Of a DNA stretch of 64,000 nucleotides, positions 13,936-23,442 are shown in pieces. This stretch comes from Treponemataceae bacterium. Lineage in GTDB: Bacteria > Spirochaetota > Spirochaetia > Treponematales > Rectinemataceae. Under the pieces are notes generated by a model. That model ran no database searches and had not been told where the DNA came from. It was given only the letters and a program-made list of their open reading frames with translations. Each line of letters starts with the position of its first letter. The first letter of the stretch is position 1. Where the stretch lies: positions 864,001-928,000 of the forward strand of contig CAXXHO010000005.1 in assembly GCA_963667725.2 (NCBI GenBank), in the 5' to 3' direction. Position numbers and translations under genes: made by a program.

Positions 13936-14835
13936 TTATCCCAGGAGAAACTGCGATCCGAGGATCCGCAGACCTCTCGCGGCCATGAGCTCTGAGAATT
14001 CCGGTCTCAGGAAAAGGCCCCGCACGAGAAGGTGTTCAACACCTTTTTTGTCGTAGTGGACGCGTATCCTGTCGAGAATGCGGAATTCCAGGCCCAGTTC
14101 GCGAAAATCCTTGGTCACGTAGAGGAAGCGCACTATGCCCAGGGACCTTCCCTCCACCTGAACGACGGCGCCCGCCGCGGCCGCTATCGGACTTCCCCCG
14201 GCCTCGGTGATGTAATAGATGAAGCTGTTGGCGCGGCGGGCTTCCATGAAGTCTAAAACTTCGCTTTGTTCCAGCAGGGCTGCCGCAGCGGGCAGCCAGT
14301 CGAGGGCGTCGGTTCGGGCTTCCTCGACGAGGGCGGCCATGTCCAGGGGGCTGTCTTCCATCGTACAGTGTTCCACGGAAAACTCTTCGTCGAGGAGTTC
14401 CTCGTATTCCTCCGGCTCCGGCCCAAGGCGGGCAAGGCCCAAAGCCTCCCTCATGTCGTCCATCCAGGATTCGATGTACCGCCTGAGGACGGCGTTCTTG
14501 TATTCCCTGAACTGCAGATCTTCCTGAGGATATTCGGAGAGCACCTGCCTGAAAGCCTTGAACACCCCTTTGCCGTGGGATAGAGCCTTGAGGAGAGCCC
14601 GTTTGAGTTCGAGATTCTTGAGGCGGCCGCAGAAATTTTCCATCAAGCGGAATCCATCGGCGGGAGTCCACGCCGGCGGCGGGGCCAAGTTCGCGGGAAG
14701 CTCGCCTTCCGGCCTTGTCACGAGTTCGCCCGTGCGCAGGTCGATGAGGCGGGACTTGGTCTGGTCTTCCATCGCGAAAATGATGCGTTCCAGGATTGTC
14801 TCGGTCAATTCGAAGGTGGGTTCGCCGTTCAGCAT
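13936..14835 (-). CDS. UPF0158-family protein with a C-terminal GNAT-like domain
   Basis: IIFAMED, GFRLMENF, ALSHGKGVFKAFR; C-terminal FLYVTKDFRELGL resembles acetyl-CoA motif A. Confidence 0.65.
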   Translation of the reverse strand: MLNGEPTFELTETILERIIFAMEDQTKSRLIDLRTGELVTRPEGELPANLAPPPAWTPADGFRLMENFCGRLKNLELKRALLKALSHGKGVFKAFRQVLSEYPQEDLQFREYKNAVLRRYIESWMDDMREALGLARLGPEPEEYEELLDEEFSVEHCTMEDSPLDMAALVEEARTDALDWLPAAAALLEQSEVLDFMEARRANSFIYYITEAGGSPIAAAAGAVVQVEGRSLGIVRFLYVTKDFRELGLEFRILDRIRVHYDKKGVEHLLVRGLFLRPEFSELMAARGLRILGSQFLLG

Positions 14836-14919
14836 GCCTTCATTGTACACCATGAAGGGCTTTCGTGGTGCATGGAATTGTGGACAGAGGAGAATCGGCC
14901 CTGTATACTGGACAAAACA

Positions 14920-15837
14920 ATGAAAGCGAACCTCCACCTTCACTCTAAATTCTCCGACGGCAGCCTCTGGCCCGAGGAAATCGCCCTCGGGGCGGCGCGC
15001 GAAGGCTTGGAGGCGGCCGCTCTCACCGACCACGACACGATGGGCGGTACCGAGCGTTTCGTGAACGCCTGCGCCCGCTTGGGCGTTCTGGGCCTTACCG
15101 CCTGCGAAATCGATGTGTCGGAGCCGGAAATAGAGTATAAAAGCGAAATCCTCGGCTATTTCCCCGGCAAGGCATCCTTCGAATGTCCCGCTACCCGCTC
15201 GATGCTGGCCACCGTCCTGGGGGAGAGGAAGAAAAGGCTTGAATATTATTTGTACTGGGCGAGGACGATCTTCAGGCGCGAAGACCTGACGATGGACGAT
15301 CTTCTCGGCGACAAGCTGGCCGGTATGGACAGGGACAAGTTAGAGGGTCTGGATTCAGTTTCCTGGAGCAAGGTGGATCTCTTCCTCTACCTCAAGGCGC
15401 GCCGTCTGATTCCCGCCTACGCGACCTACAAGGGTTTCAAGAAAGAGTGGTTCGTGCCCGGCAAGTTCCCCAAGTACAAGCTTTCCAAGCCAGGCGTCAG
15501 GGAATGCGTGCGATCCATCCATGAAGACGGCGGTTTCGCCGTGATTCCTCATTTCGGGCATTTCTGGAACGACGATATCGATGCCATGGAGCGCCGCCGC
15601 GACAAGATATCGTCACAGCTGGGTTTTTTCCGGAACTGCGGCGTGGATGGCATCGAGCTGTACTGGTATTCGGGCCGGCAGAAGACCGAGGAGATCAATG
15701 GGCTGATGGAGGAGATGGCCGGCCCGCTCGGTTTCTTCTTCACCTACGGTTCGGATTGCCATGGTCCGGGCACGGACAAGTATACCATGGACAAGTTTTC
15801 CGGCGATTTCGCCGGTTTCCCGAAGGTTTCCCGATAA
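14920..15837 (+). CDS. PHP-domain metal-dependent phosphoesterase
   Basis: LHLHSKFSDG, ALTDHDT, GSDCHG. Confidence 0.88.
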   Translation: MKANLHLHSKFSDGSLWPEEIALGAAREGLEAAALTDHDTMGGTERFVNACARLGVLGLTACEIDVSEPEIEYKSEILGYFPGKASFECPATRSMLATVLGERKKRLEYYLYWARTIFRREDLTMDDLLGDKLAGMDRDKLEGLDSVSWSKVDLFLYLKARRLIPAYATYKGFKKEWFVPGKFPKYKLSKPGVRECVRSIHEDGGFAVIPHFGHFWNDDIDAMERRRDKISSQLGFFRNCGVDGIELYWYSGRQKTEEINGLMEEMAGPLGFFFTYGSDCHGPGTDKYTMDKFSGDFAGFPKVSR

Positions 15838-15856
15838 AAGAAGACAGGAGTTTTCC

Positions 15857-16708
15857 ATGGCACATTGCATCGTCCCCGCCGCCGAAGACATTCTCGACAA
15901 GGAATTCAAGGTGCTGGACAAGGGCTTCGTCAGGCTCGTCGACTATCTCGGCGGCGACGACCGCATCGTCCAGGCGGCGCGGGTTTCCTACGGAAAGGGG
16001 ACGAAGAGTTACCGCGAGGACGCCGGCCTCATCGATTATCTGCTCCGCCATGAACATACCTCTCCCTTTGAGCAGGTCGTCCTCACCTTCCATGTGAAAC
16101 TGCCCATCTTCGTGGCGCGCCAGTGGATCCGCCACAGGACGGCCAGGGTGAACGAGGTGTCGGGCCGCTATTCGGTCATGAAGGACGATTTCTATGTCCC
16201 GGCTCCCGTCGATCTGGCTTCCCAGAGCGACGACAACAAGCAGGGGCGGTCGGAGGAGCCGATGGCGGCTGACCAGGCGGCGAGGGTGCGCGAAATTCTG
16301 GAACGCGGGCAGAAGGAAGCGTACGGGGACTATTCCGGTCTGGTGGAGGAAGGGCTGGCCCGGGAAATCGCGCGCATCAACCTGCCTCTATCGCTCTACA
16401 CCGAATGGTACTGGCAGATCGATCTGCACAATCTTTTCAGGTTCCTCATGCTCAGGCTGGACTCCCACGCGCAGAAGGAGATCAGGCTGTACGCGCGGGC
16501 AATGCTGGAAATGACGCGCGCCGTGGCGCCGAAGGCCACCGAAAGCTTCGAGCGCAACAGCTTGAGCGCGGTCCGCTTTACCGGCGCTGAGATGGCCGAG
16601 CTGAAACGAAGGTTGAAGGCCGATGTAGACGGCGTTTCCATGCCCCTCCTCAAGGGCAAGGAACTCGAGCGCCTGGAGGAGAAGCTGAGGACGGGGAAAC
16701 AGCTATAG
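15857..16708 (+). CDS. thyX: FAD-dependent thymidylate synthase
   Basis: AARVSY, HTSPFE, ThyX motif RHRTARVNEVSGRY, LRLDSHAQKEIR. Confidence 0.95.
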   Translation: MAHCIVPAAEDILDKEFKVLDKGFVRLVDYLGGDDRIVQAARVSYGKGTKSYREDAGLIDYLLRHEHTSPFEQVVLTFHVKLPIFVARQWIRHRTARVNEVSGRYSVMKDDFYVPAPVDLASQSDDNKQGRSEEPMAADQAARVREILERGQKEAYGDYSGLVEEGLAREIARINLPLSLYTEWYWQIDLHNLFRFLMLRLDSHAQKEIRLYARAMLEMTRAVAPKATESFERNSLSAVRFTGAEMAELKRRLKADVDGVSMPLLKGKELERLEEKLRTGKQL

Positions 16709-16906
16709 CCGCCGGAAGTTCTTCACTTTTTCCAACGGATAAGAGCATCGCAAAACGCGCTTGCTTTTATTTTCCGATCCGACTGTGAAATGGATATGGA
16801 AAAAGGCTGTTCATCCACAAGGCCGAGACTCGCAACAAGGTGTATACAACCGGAATACACAGATGATAGATCGTTATCGAGAGAGAGGGGTAGTCCATCC
16901 GCGCTG

Positions 16907-17210
16907 AATCCTGTGATAAGTTGCTTTATTTTAACCAATCCTATTTTTTTCGATGATTCACCGCATCATAAGGAATCAATATTATCGCGAGTACGGCTCG
17001 GACAAAGGGCCTTCGGGATTATAATAGTCACTGAAGCCTATCATGGTCTCTGTGCAATGACAGGTGAGTATACCTTACGAGAGTTTTTTAAGCGGCCCAT
17101 ATCAAGACAGTCGCGACGTCGGGACCTCTGCTCGTTTCGAGCGGGCTCTTGTTACGTTTCAATCTTCATAAATTGTTTGATACAGGCTACAATACCATAT
17201 ATACAAAACT
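16907..17210 (+). pseudogene. degenerate HNH restriction-endonuclease remnant
   Basis: fragments NPVISCFILTNPIFF, RLGQRAF...EAYHGLCAMTGE, then a frameshift near the T6 run (17084-17089) into AAHIKTVATSGPLLVSSGLLLRFNLHKLFDTGY; AT-rich. Confidence 0.7.
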
Positions 17211-17241
17211 GGTGCCACATCAGGTCTATGGCAGCGCCATA

Positions 17242-17601
17242 GCCAGGGTAATGGCGAAGCTTTCCTTGGATGGCCTCGTGGAAAAGATCAGCAAAAAAGT
17301 CTCCAAACAGGCAATAAACAAGTACGAAAATGGCCTGATGATGCCCGACAGCTCCGTTATCATCGCGCGTCGCTGACGTACTCGGTGCGGGTAAGCTGAT
17401 CGAATCGGCAGCTCGTTTTTGCTACTTCGAGCGGTGCTCGAACGCGAACTCGGAATCAAGCGTTCTGAAATTTCGCTCTTCGGACTTGCGGCCTTGAAGC
17501 GTCAATATGGGCTTTCAATGCAGGCGATCATGTGTAGTGCCGTATCGTATTAGATCATCATAGACTACTCATATGGGCAGTTCAGCAAGATGATCAGCTG
17601 A
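17242..17601 (+). pseudogene. XRE-HTH / ImmA-IrrE metallopeptidase regulator remnant with internal deletion
   Basis: HTH piece ARVMAKLSLDGLVEKISKKVSKQAINKYENGLMMPDSS, stop, then ADRIGSSFLLLRAVLERELGIKRSEISLFGLAALKRQYGLSMQAIM with a further stop. Confidence 0.7.
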
Positions 17602-18570
17602 CGGGATCCTGACCGCGAACCGGCATAGCTCGCCGCCCGAAAGGACGGAATCGAGGACGACAGCCTCGGTCTCCTTTTCGAACACGACATCGAAGAGAAA
17701 CTTGACGTAACCCGCCGAACAAGCGCACCAGAGCGGCGGTACCCCGGCGCCCTTTTCCGTTATGGATGCCGACGCGAGCGGACAATGGCAGGCCAGCCTC
17801 CGTCTCTCCAGCTTGTCGGTGGCACGGAGATATCTATCGGGGTCATAGGGAATCTTTGTTATATATATGGTATCGCCCTTGCGAACACCTCCAAGGATTT
17901 CCGGCCGTTCCTCGACGAAATCGACGACGGCCATGGTTATCTTCTGTTCGAACCAGAGGGTCCCGTCCTCCGCGTGCCTGCGGAGGATTTCGACCTTGCG
18001 TCTGTGGTAGTCTGAAAGCCACTCGTCGATCGACCCGAGTTCGAGAAAGCGCTTCTTATCCAGGGCGAAGGCTGCGGCTGGTATCCCGTGGACGTTCCAG
18101 GAGAGCACTCGCTTGGCTTTATCAGGCCCGACTTCCGCCTTCAGGGCTTCCACGAAACGGGCCGTGACTGCGGGGTACGCTTCCGGCTGGCTGCCTTCTG
18201 CCGGAACGGTCACGCCATCCATTACGCGGCTGCGAACAACCTCTCCTTCGATGTTGGCGAGCCTGTCGGCCATCGTGGGGAGTACGCCAATAGGAAAGAG
18301 GTAGGCCATGAGCCGGATCGCCACCATCCCATTTTTCGCGGCCGCAAAGTAGCGCGCAGCGGGGACGAGAAAATCGTAGACAGACGCGCCTTTCGCGAGG
18401 TGCTCTAAGGCCCAGGCTTCGACCGCCGCGAGTTCCGGTTCCTCAAGCGACAATCCCCGGGCGGTTAGCGATGATTCGAGCCCCGCGATAACCAGAAAGG
18501 AGTCCCGAATCGCTTTTTCGTCGAGCCCCCGCTCCCTGAGCGAGGAGAGGTACTCAGTTTCCCTGTACAT
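17569..18570 (-). CDS. hypothetical protein with a C-terminal Cys-containing domain (DUF6144-like)
   Basis: AGGAGA RBS; CHCP, CACSAGY and DSVLSGGELCRF motifs. Confidence 0.65.
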   Translation of the reverse strand: MYRETEYLSSLRERGLDEKAIRDSFLVIAGLESSLTARGLSLEEPELAAVEAWALEHLAKGASVYDFLVPAARYFAAAKNGMVAIRLMAYLFPIGVLPTMADRLANIEGEVVRSRVMDGVTVPAEGSQPEAYPAVTARFVEALKAEVGPDKAKRVLSWNVHGIPAAAFALDKKRFLELGSIDEWLSDYHRRKVEILRRHAEDGTLWFEQKITMAVVDFVEERPEILGGVRKGDTIYITKIPYDPDRYLRATDKLERRRLACHCPLASASITEKGAGVPPLWCACSAGYVKFLFDVVFEKETEAVVLDSVLSGGELCRFAVRIPSADHLAELPI

Positions 18571-18854
18571 CGCATCTCCTGATACGATCGTCTTTGTGGT
18601 GGAGGGTACGCAGGCCACGGCTGACCAGCCGGCGACAGCGCCCCGAAAGCGAAACTCTAGCATAAAGCAGGCACGGAAGAAATACTTTTGGGTCGGCGGA
18701 GCGATCGTGAGCGAGGGCGGGCGGACCACTTCGCCGCGCTGGTCGCGCGGATGTGTCTGGACGGCGGAAGCCCCGGAAGCTAAACTTCCAGCACAGCAGT
18801 GGCGCGGGGGAAATGCTTCAGAGTGTTCCACATATTCCCCCGGGGAGAGATAGT

Positions 18855-19139
18855 ATGACGAGTATCTGCGGTGTTGTTTGCGATATCTGCAAGGATTTTG
18901 GAGCGAACTGTCCGGGCTGTGCCGCTTTAGAAGGGAAGGTATATTGGGCCTCCTATGTCGGGGCCGACCTCTGTCCCCTTTACGATTGCTGTGTCAACGG
19001 AAAGAAGCTGCTTCATTGCGGAAAGTGCCGGGAATTGCCCTGCGCGGTGTATTACGACACCCGGGATCCTTCGGTAAGTGTGGCGGAACACGAGAAGGGA
19101 ATACAAGAGCGGGTGGAGGTATTGCGGAAGCTGGGCTGA
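18855..19139 (+). CDS. small Cys-rich metal-binding protein (DUF3795-like)
   Basis: CGVVCDIC, CPGC, CPLYDCC, HCGKCRELPC; GGGGAG RBS. Confidence 0.75.
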   Translation: MTSICGVVCDICKDFGANCPGCAALEGKVYWASYVGADLCPLYDCCVNGKKLLHCGKCRELPCAVYYDTRDPSVSVAEHEKGIQERVEVLRKLG

Positions 19140-19196
19140 AAGTGCCCGGGTACGCGGCGTAAGATATCTTAATCCGAGAGGCGGCCCGGAGGCCTT

Positions 19197-20219
19197 ATGG
19201 TACCGAAAAAGATTCCCGACACCGATTGGTTCGAGGAACAGCGCGATGTGTTCGCGGTCTACTTTGATGACACCCCCTGGCACGCGACAGGCGACCGGAT
19301 CGTCAGGACTTTTGAATTGGCGCTCAGGAAATATGCGGGTAAGCTGGACAAATTGCCGGGGAATTTCCTCCCTATGGTAATGGACCAGTATCTGGCGTCG
19401 CGGTGGCACGAAATGTCCCACTCTCTGCCGGAGCTGGATGCCGGGGACATAAAGGAAAAGGTGGGATACCTCCACGCTTTCTGCCGTTTCGGCATCAAGA
19501 AATGGCCTTACCGGGCTTTCGAGGTAATACAGGATCTGGGCGGAAGTCGCTTCTGGTGCCGCGACGAGGAAGATGAGGAATTCGGGTTGTACTCTGACGG
19601 TCTAGCCCATTCGCTTTCGGAAGGCAAACGGCTTTTCCTGAGCGTAGTGGTGGAGGTGGAAGGGCGCTGGCACATGACCTATGGTCCGATACTGGACTGG
19701 ATCGGTCTTTTCCCGGGGGACCTGGGATATTTCGCCTCTAAGGTCGCCCTCCAACTCTATGGGAAAGAGGGATTCTCCGCGGTTGTTCGCTTCAACCCAG
19801 TGCCCTTCTGGGCGGCCTGGACCTATGGGGTCATACCCGCCGTCTATCACGAGGGCGAGCCGGTAATGCAATGTTGGCTCCATGGAACGCTCGCCCCCGG
19901 CTTCGATGAGGCGCTCCCCTTGACATGGAGGCGCGACGACGCGGGGCCCAAAACCCGATGGACCTACCGCGACGATACCTTTTTCCGCAGGCGTCAGATT
20001 TTTATTGATCGCAAGACGGGCAAAGCGCTTGTGCTGGCGCGACGCCCCGGGGATTTCAACAAGATCATGGCGCTCCTCGGCCGCCGCTTCGAACAGGATG
20101 AAGAGCGTCCACTGAGCGTCAGCGCGTTGATGGGCGCTATAATCCAGGGCATAGTGGGGGTGGACGAGGAAGTCGCCGCCTGGGAGCGGCCCTTCGCGCG
20201 CTTCGACACGGCTCGATAG
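19197..20219 (+). CDS. hypothetical protein (aromatic-rich)
   Basis: 340-aa ORF with GGAGG RBS, codirectional with neighbours; no recognised motif. Confidence 0.7.
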   Translation: MVPKKIPDTDWFEEQRDVFAVYFDDTPWHATGDRIVRTFELALRKYAGKLDKLPGNFLPMVMDQYLASRWHEMSHSLPELDAGDIKEKVGYLHAFCRFGIKKWPYRAFEVIQDLGGSRFWCRDEEDEEFGLYSDGLAHSLSEGKRLFLSVVVEVEGRWHMTYGPILDWIGLFPGDLGYFASKVALQLYGKEGFSAVVRFNPVPFWAAWTYGVIPAVYHEGEPVMQCWLHGTLAPGFDEALPLTWRRDDAGPKTRWTYRDDTFFRRRQIFIDRKTGKALVLARRPGDFNKIMALLGRRFEQDEERPLSVSALMGAIIQGIVGVDEEVAAWERPFARFDTAR

Positions 20220-20239
20220 TTTTCCGCACAGAGGTTGTT

Positions 20240-21541
20240 ATGACTAAAAAAATGAGCGCGTCCGCTCTTGTAAAGAAGATGCCGCGCGAGACCCTCGAAT
20301 CGATACTCCTCGAACACATTGGGGAGGATGCAGCCCTTGAACGGCACATTATCATCGAGTACGGGACATCGACGACGGTGGCTCACTACAGGGAATTAGT
20401 TGACGGAATGTTTAGAGGCATAAGCGGATGGGGATATGACGGCTATGAGGAGGGCGACGCATACGATATCGCCCGAGAAATACAAGAAATGTTCGTCAAG
20501 GCGGAGAAAAAATCAGTCAATGAACAGGCGAATGCCGTTTTCGCGATTGCGCAGGCCGTGATCGACGGCGTCATTCCCCGCCTCGATGAGTGCGATGATC
20601 ATGACGGGAATTTATACGACATTGTTCATGAAGCGCTAGGTCGGGTCGAGTCCGTAGCGAACGCAGTAGATACAAATACTGCATTGCTAGGAGAAATCGC
20701 GTTATGGGCCAAAGATCTCTTGTCTTCGGGACGACTCGATGGTTACGGAAATGGATGGGCTGAACAGTGTACTGACATTCTCGCGGCGACGGCCAGGACC
20801 GAGGCCGAGCGGGCAGCATTCATAGAAGCCCACCTCGACATCGACGATGTCAGGGAATTGGCTATTCGGGAAGCGTTCGCCGCGAAAGACTTCCAACGCT
20901 GCAAGGTTCTCTCGGCCGAAGGGATCTCCCGTGCGGAGAAAGACAACTTATCGGGTCTGGTCGACGGTTACCGCCAATCCTTAATCGGGGCGATGGACGT
21001 TTTGGGCGCTGGAAAAGATGCCGACGCCCTCGTTGAACAATGGACAATTGAGGCTTGGCGCGATACTTGGTTCATGATATTAAAAAGCCGGACACCGAAC
21101 GCGGAGTGGAAGGAGACGAGGGAGCGGGTTTTGGTGGCGTTGGAGTCGAAGGGGAAATGGGCATCTCTCCTTTCGTCGTTGTACGACTCTGAACGACTTT
21201 ACGACAGATTGATGACGCTTTGCGAAAAAGACCAGGCGGTCCTTGTGACGTACTATCGGAAGCTTCTTAAAAAGTTCCCCACCCGCGTCGCTCCCCTTTT
21301 GCTGACATATATCCGCCAGAAGGCCGCTTCCGACTTCAACCGGAGTTCCTATCAGAGAACGGCGGCCCTTGCAGCGGACTACAGAGTCTGCGCCGGCGTC
21401 GATGCGGCTGCTGCACTCATTGACGAGCTTGAAGCGCAGTACCGGGCTCGTCGCGCGATGCGCGAGGAGCTGGAAAAAGTACGGCCTGTACGGCAACCCC
21501 CGGCAGCGAAAATCAAGCCCTTGTTACACGATCTTTTTTGA
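20240..21541 (+). CDS. hypothetical helical protein resembling the C-terminal part of SWIM-finger proteins
   Basis: 433-aa ORF with AGAGG RBS; DDHDG segment and C-terminal YRARRAMREEL; no SWIM Cys/His motif. Confidence 0.65.
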   Translation: MTKKMSASALVKKMPRETLESILLEHIGEDAALERHIIIEYGTSTTVAHYRELVDGMFRGISGWGYDGYEEGDAYDIAREIQEMFVKAEKKSVNEQANAVFAIAQAVIDGVIPRLDECDDHDGNLYDIVHEALGRVESVANAVDTNTALLGEIALWAKDLLSSGRLDGYGNGWAEQCTDILAATARTEAERAAFIEAHLDIDDVRELAIREAFAAKDFQRCKVLSAEGISRAEKDNLSGLVDGYRQSLIGAMDVLGAGKDADALVEQWTIEAWRDTWFMILKSRTPNAEWKETRERVLVALESKGKWASLLSSLYDSERLYDRLMTLCEKDQAVLVTYYRKLLKKFPTRVAPLLLTYIRQKAASDFNRSSYQRTAALAADYRVCAGVDAAAALIDELEAQYRARRAMREELEKVRPVRQPPAAKIKPLLHDLF

Positions 21542-21556
21542 CCTATTCTTTTTGCC

Positions 21557-23413
21557 ATGCCCCGTCCCAAAAAAACCGAATCAGGCAAGCTTAAGATCGG
21601 CGATAACTGGAATGTCATCAGCATCATAGCGCTCTCGCAGAACAACCCGCTCAAGGCTGTTTCGGAATTTGTGGAGAATTCGATAGACGCGGGGGCGAAG
21701 AACGTGACCATCGTGCGCGGCAAACAAAAAAATGACCACTACATCAAGGTGATAGACGATGGTAGCGGTATCGAGGACTTCCGCTATGTCGCCACACATA
21801 TCGGCGATTCGATCAAGCGAGAGCTCAAACGTAAAGGTGGGACGGATCTCCAAGGCGAGTTCGGGATCGGGCTTCTTTCTTTCTGGACGGTGGGCGAGAT
21901 ATGCACGATCACCTCGACCGGAGAGGATGGCATCGCGCGAAGCATGCGACTCGTGAAGGGGAATCCTTCGTTCGTGCTGCGCGAAATAGGAACGTTGTTC
22001 GGCCGCCAAGGAACCGAACTCCTCATAAGCCCCATCCTTGCTGGGGTCCGTGCACTCTCGGCCGAAAAGATTCAAAACTTTCTCGCTTCGGAACTCCGGG
22101 ATCGCATAACCAAAAGCGGTGTCCGCATTCGCATTGTGGACCACATGTCGCGCCGCGAACTCATCGTCGAGCCCCGTAAATTCAAGGGCAGGCTTATCCA
22201 CCAGCTTCCTGAGGCGCGATGTCCCTTCGGTGAAGTTTACCTCGAACTCTATTTCGCCGAATCCACCCAGGATGTGGCGGTCGGGCTCTACAAGCGGGGG
22301 ACGCGCGTGCTTTCCGATATTTCCCGGCTGGACCGATTTTCGGGCTCACCCTGGGATACGCGGCACATTGAGGGCCTCATCGATGTTCCCTTTCTTCAGC
22401 TCACACCGGGAACGCGCGATGGTATTATCCTTGACGAAGCGTACGAATCTTTTTGCGTAGCAATCGAACCTGTCGTCGGGGCTTTGATGGAGGTCCTCGA
22501 TGAGCAGAGGCGGGCGGAAGATGAGGAAGCGAGCAGGCAAGTACTGAACCGCGTTACAAAAGCCTTCCGCGAAGCCTTTCTTTACTTGCCGAGCGAGGAT
22601 TACGGCTGGCTTGCCGCCAAGACCCGTGATGCGAGAAAGGCCAGGGGCATCGGGGACGCGGACGCAGGGGCTGGACAGGATCAGGGCAAGTTCCCTCCCT
22701 CAGCACCGGACGAGCCCATCGGAATAGAAGGAGAAGGCGGAACCTCTGTTTTGGATGCTTCTTTCGGCGAATATATCCCTGAGACCTTGGAAAAAAAAGA
22801 TGCGCAGAAGAGCTTTTTCGACTACGCGGGACCACTGTATAAGATCATGATTTCGCCGGCATCCTCCGTGATCGGGGTCGGGGAAAAGAAAAAACTCAAA
22901 GCGGTTGCACGGGATCGCGCGGGGCGCATGGTGGACATAGGCGTCTCCTTCGAATGGCGCGTTACGGAAGGAGGCGGTTCGCTCGATGGGATCGATTCGG
23001 CGTACGCGGAATACATCGCGCCCCAAGAACCTTGTGTCGCGGCGATCGAACTGAAGGCTGTGCAAGGCGATTTGATATTTTTTGCTAACGCTCTCGTCAC
23101 GGTCACCGCGGAACTCGTCAAACGGCCGGGTGGAGCGGGCGGAGCCGTGAGGCGAGGTCTTCCCGGTTACACGTACCGAAAGGCTCCCGGCGAACTCTGG
23201 CGATCGAGGTACGAAGCCGAGACGTCGGTTATTGTGATCAACAACGCCCACGCGGACTTCATCTATGCTTCGCGCCAGCCCATGACGAAGCTGCGCTACA
23301 TAGCCCGCCTTTTCGCGAAAGAACTTGTTCTCGCCAATTTTCCCGAGGCTACCAAGGAAGAACTGATCGAGCGCATGGTCGAGCTCACGCTCTATACCGA
23401 AGATAATCTTTAA
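21557..23413 (+). CDS. GHKL (Hsp90/MORC-like) ATPase with acidic linker and beta-rich C-terminal domain
   Basis: EFVENSIDA, VIDDGSG, GEFGIG, QGT motifs. Confidence 0.8.
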   Translation: MPRPKKTESGKLKIGDNWNVISIIALSQNNPLKAVSEFVENSIDAGAKNVTIVRGKQKNDHYIKVIDDGSGIEDFRYVATHIGDSIKRELKRKGGTDLQGEFGIGLLSFWTVGEICTITSTGEDGIARSMRLVKGNPSFVLREIGTLFGRQGTELLISPILAGVRALSAEKIQNFLASELRDRITKSGVRIRIVDHMSRRELIVEPRKFKGRLIHQLPEARCPFGEVYLELYFAESTQDVAVGLYKRGTRVLSDISRLDRFSGSPWDTRHIEGLIDVPFLQLTPGTRDGIILDEAYESFCVAIEPVVGALMEVLDEQRRAEDEEASRQVLNRVTKAFREAFLYLPSEDYGWLAAKTRDARKARGIGDADAGAGQDQGKFPPSAPDEPIGIEGEGGTSVLDASFGEYIPETLEKKDAQKSFFDYAGPLYKIMISPASSVIGVGEKKKLKAVARDRAGRMVDIGVSFEWRVTEGGGSLDGIDSAYAEYIAPQEPCVAAIELKAVQGDLIFFANALVTVTAELVKRPGGAGGAVRRGLPGYTYRKAPGELWRSRYEAETSVIVINNAHADFIYASRQPMTKLRYIARLFAKELVLANFPEATKEELIERMVELTLYTEDNL

Positions 23414-23442
23414 TAGGGATGATGACGGAGGCGCTTTGGCTC

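Noticed and set aside
16723..16938. 71-aa minus-strand ORF after thyX
   Set aside because: TTG start closed by a nearby upstream stop and no recognisable motif; may be more island debris but cannot be supported as a gene
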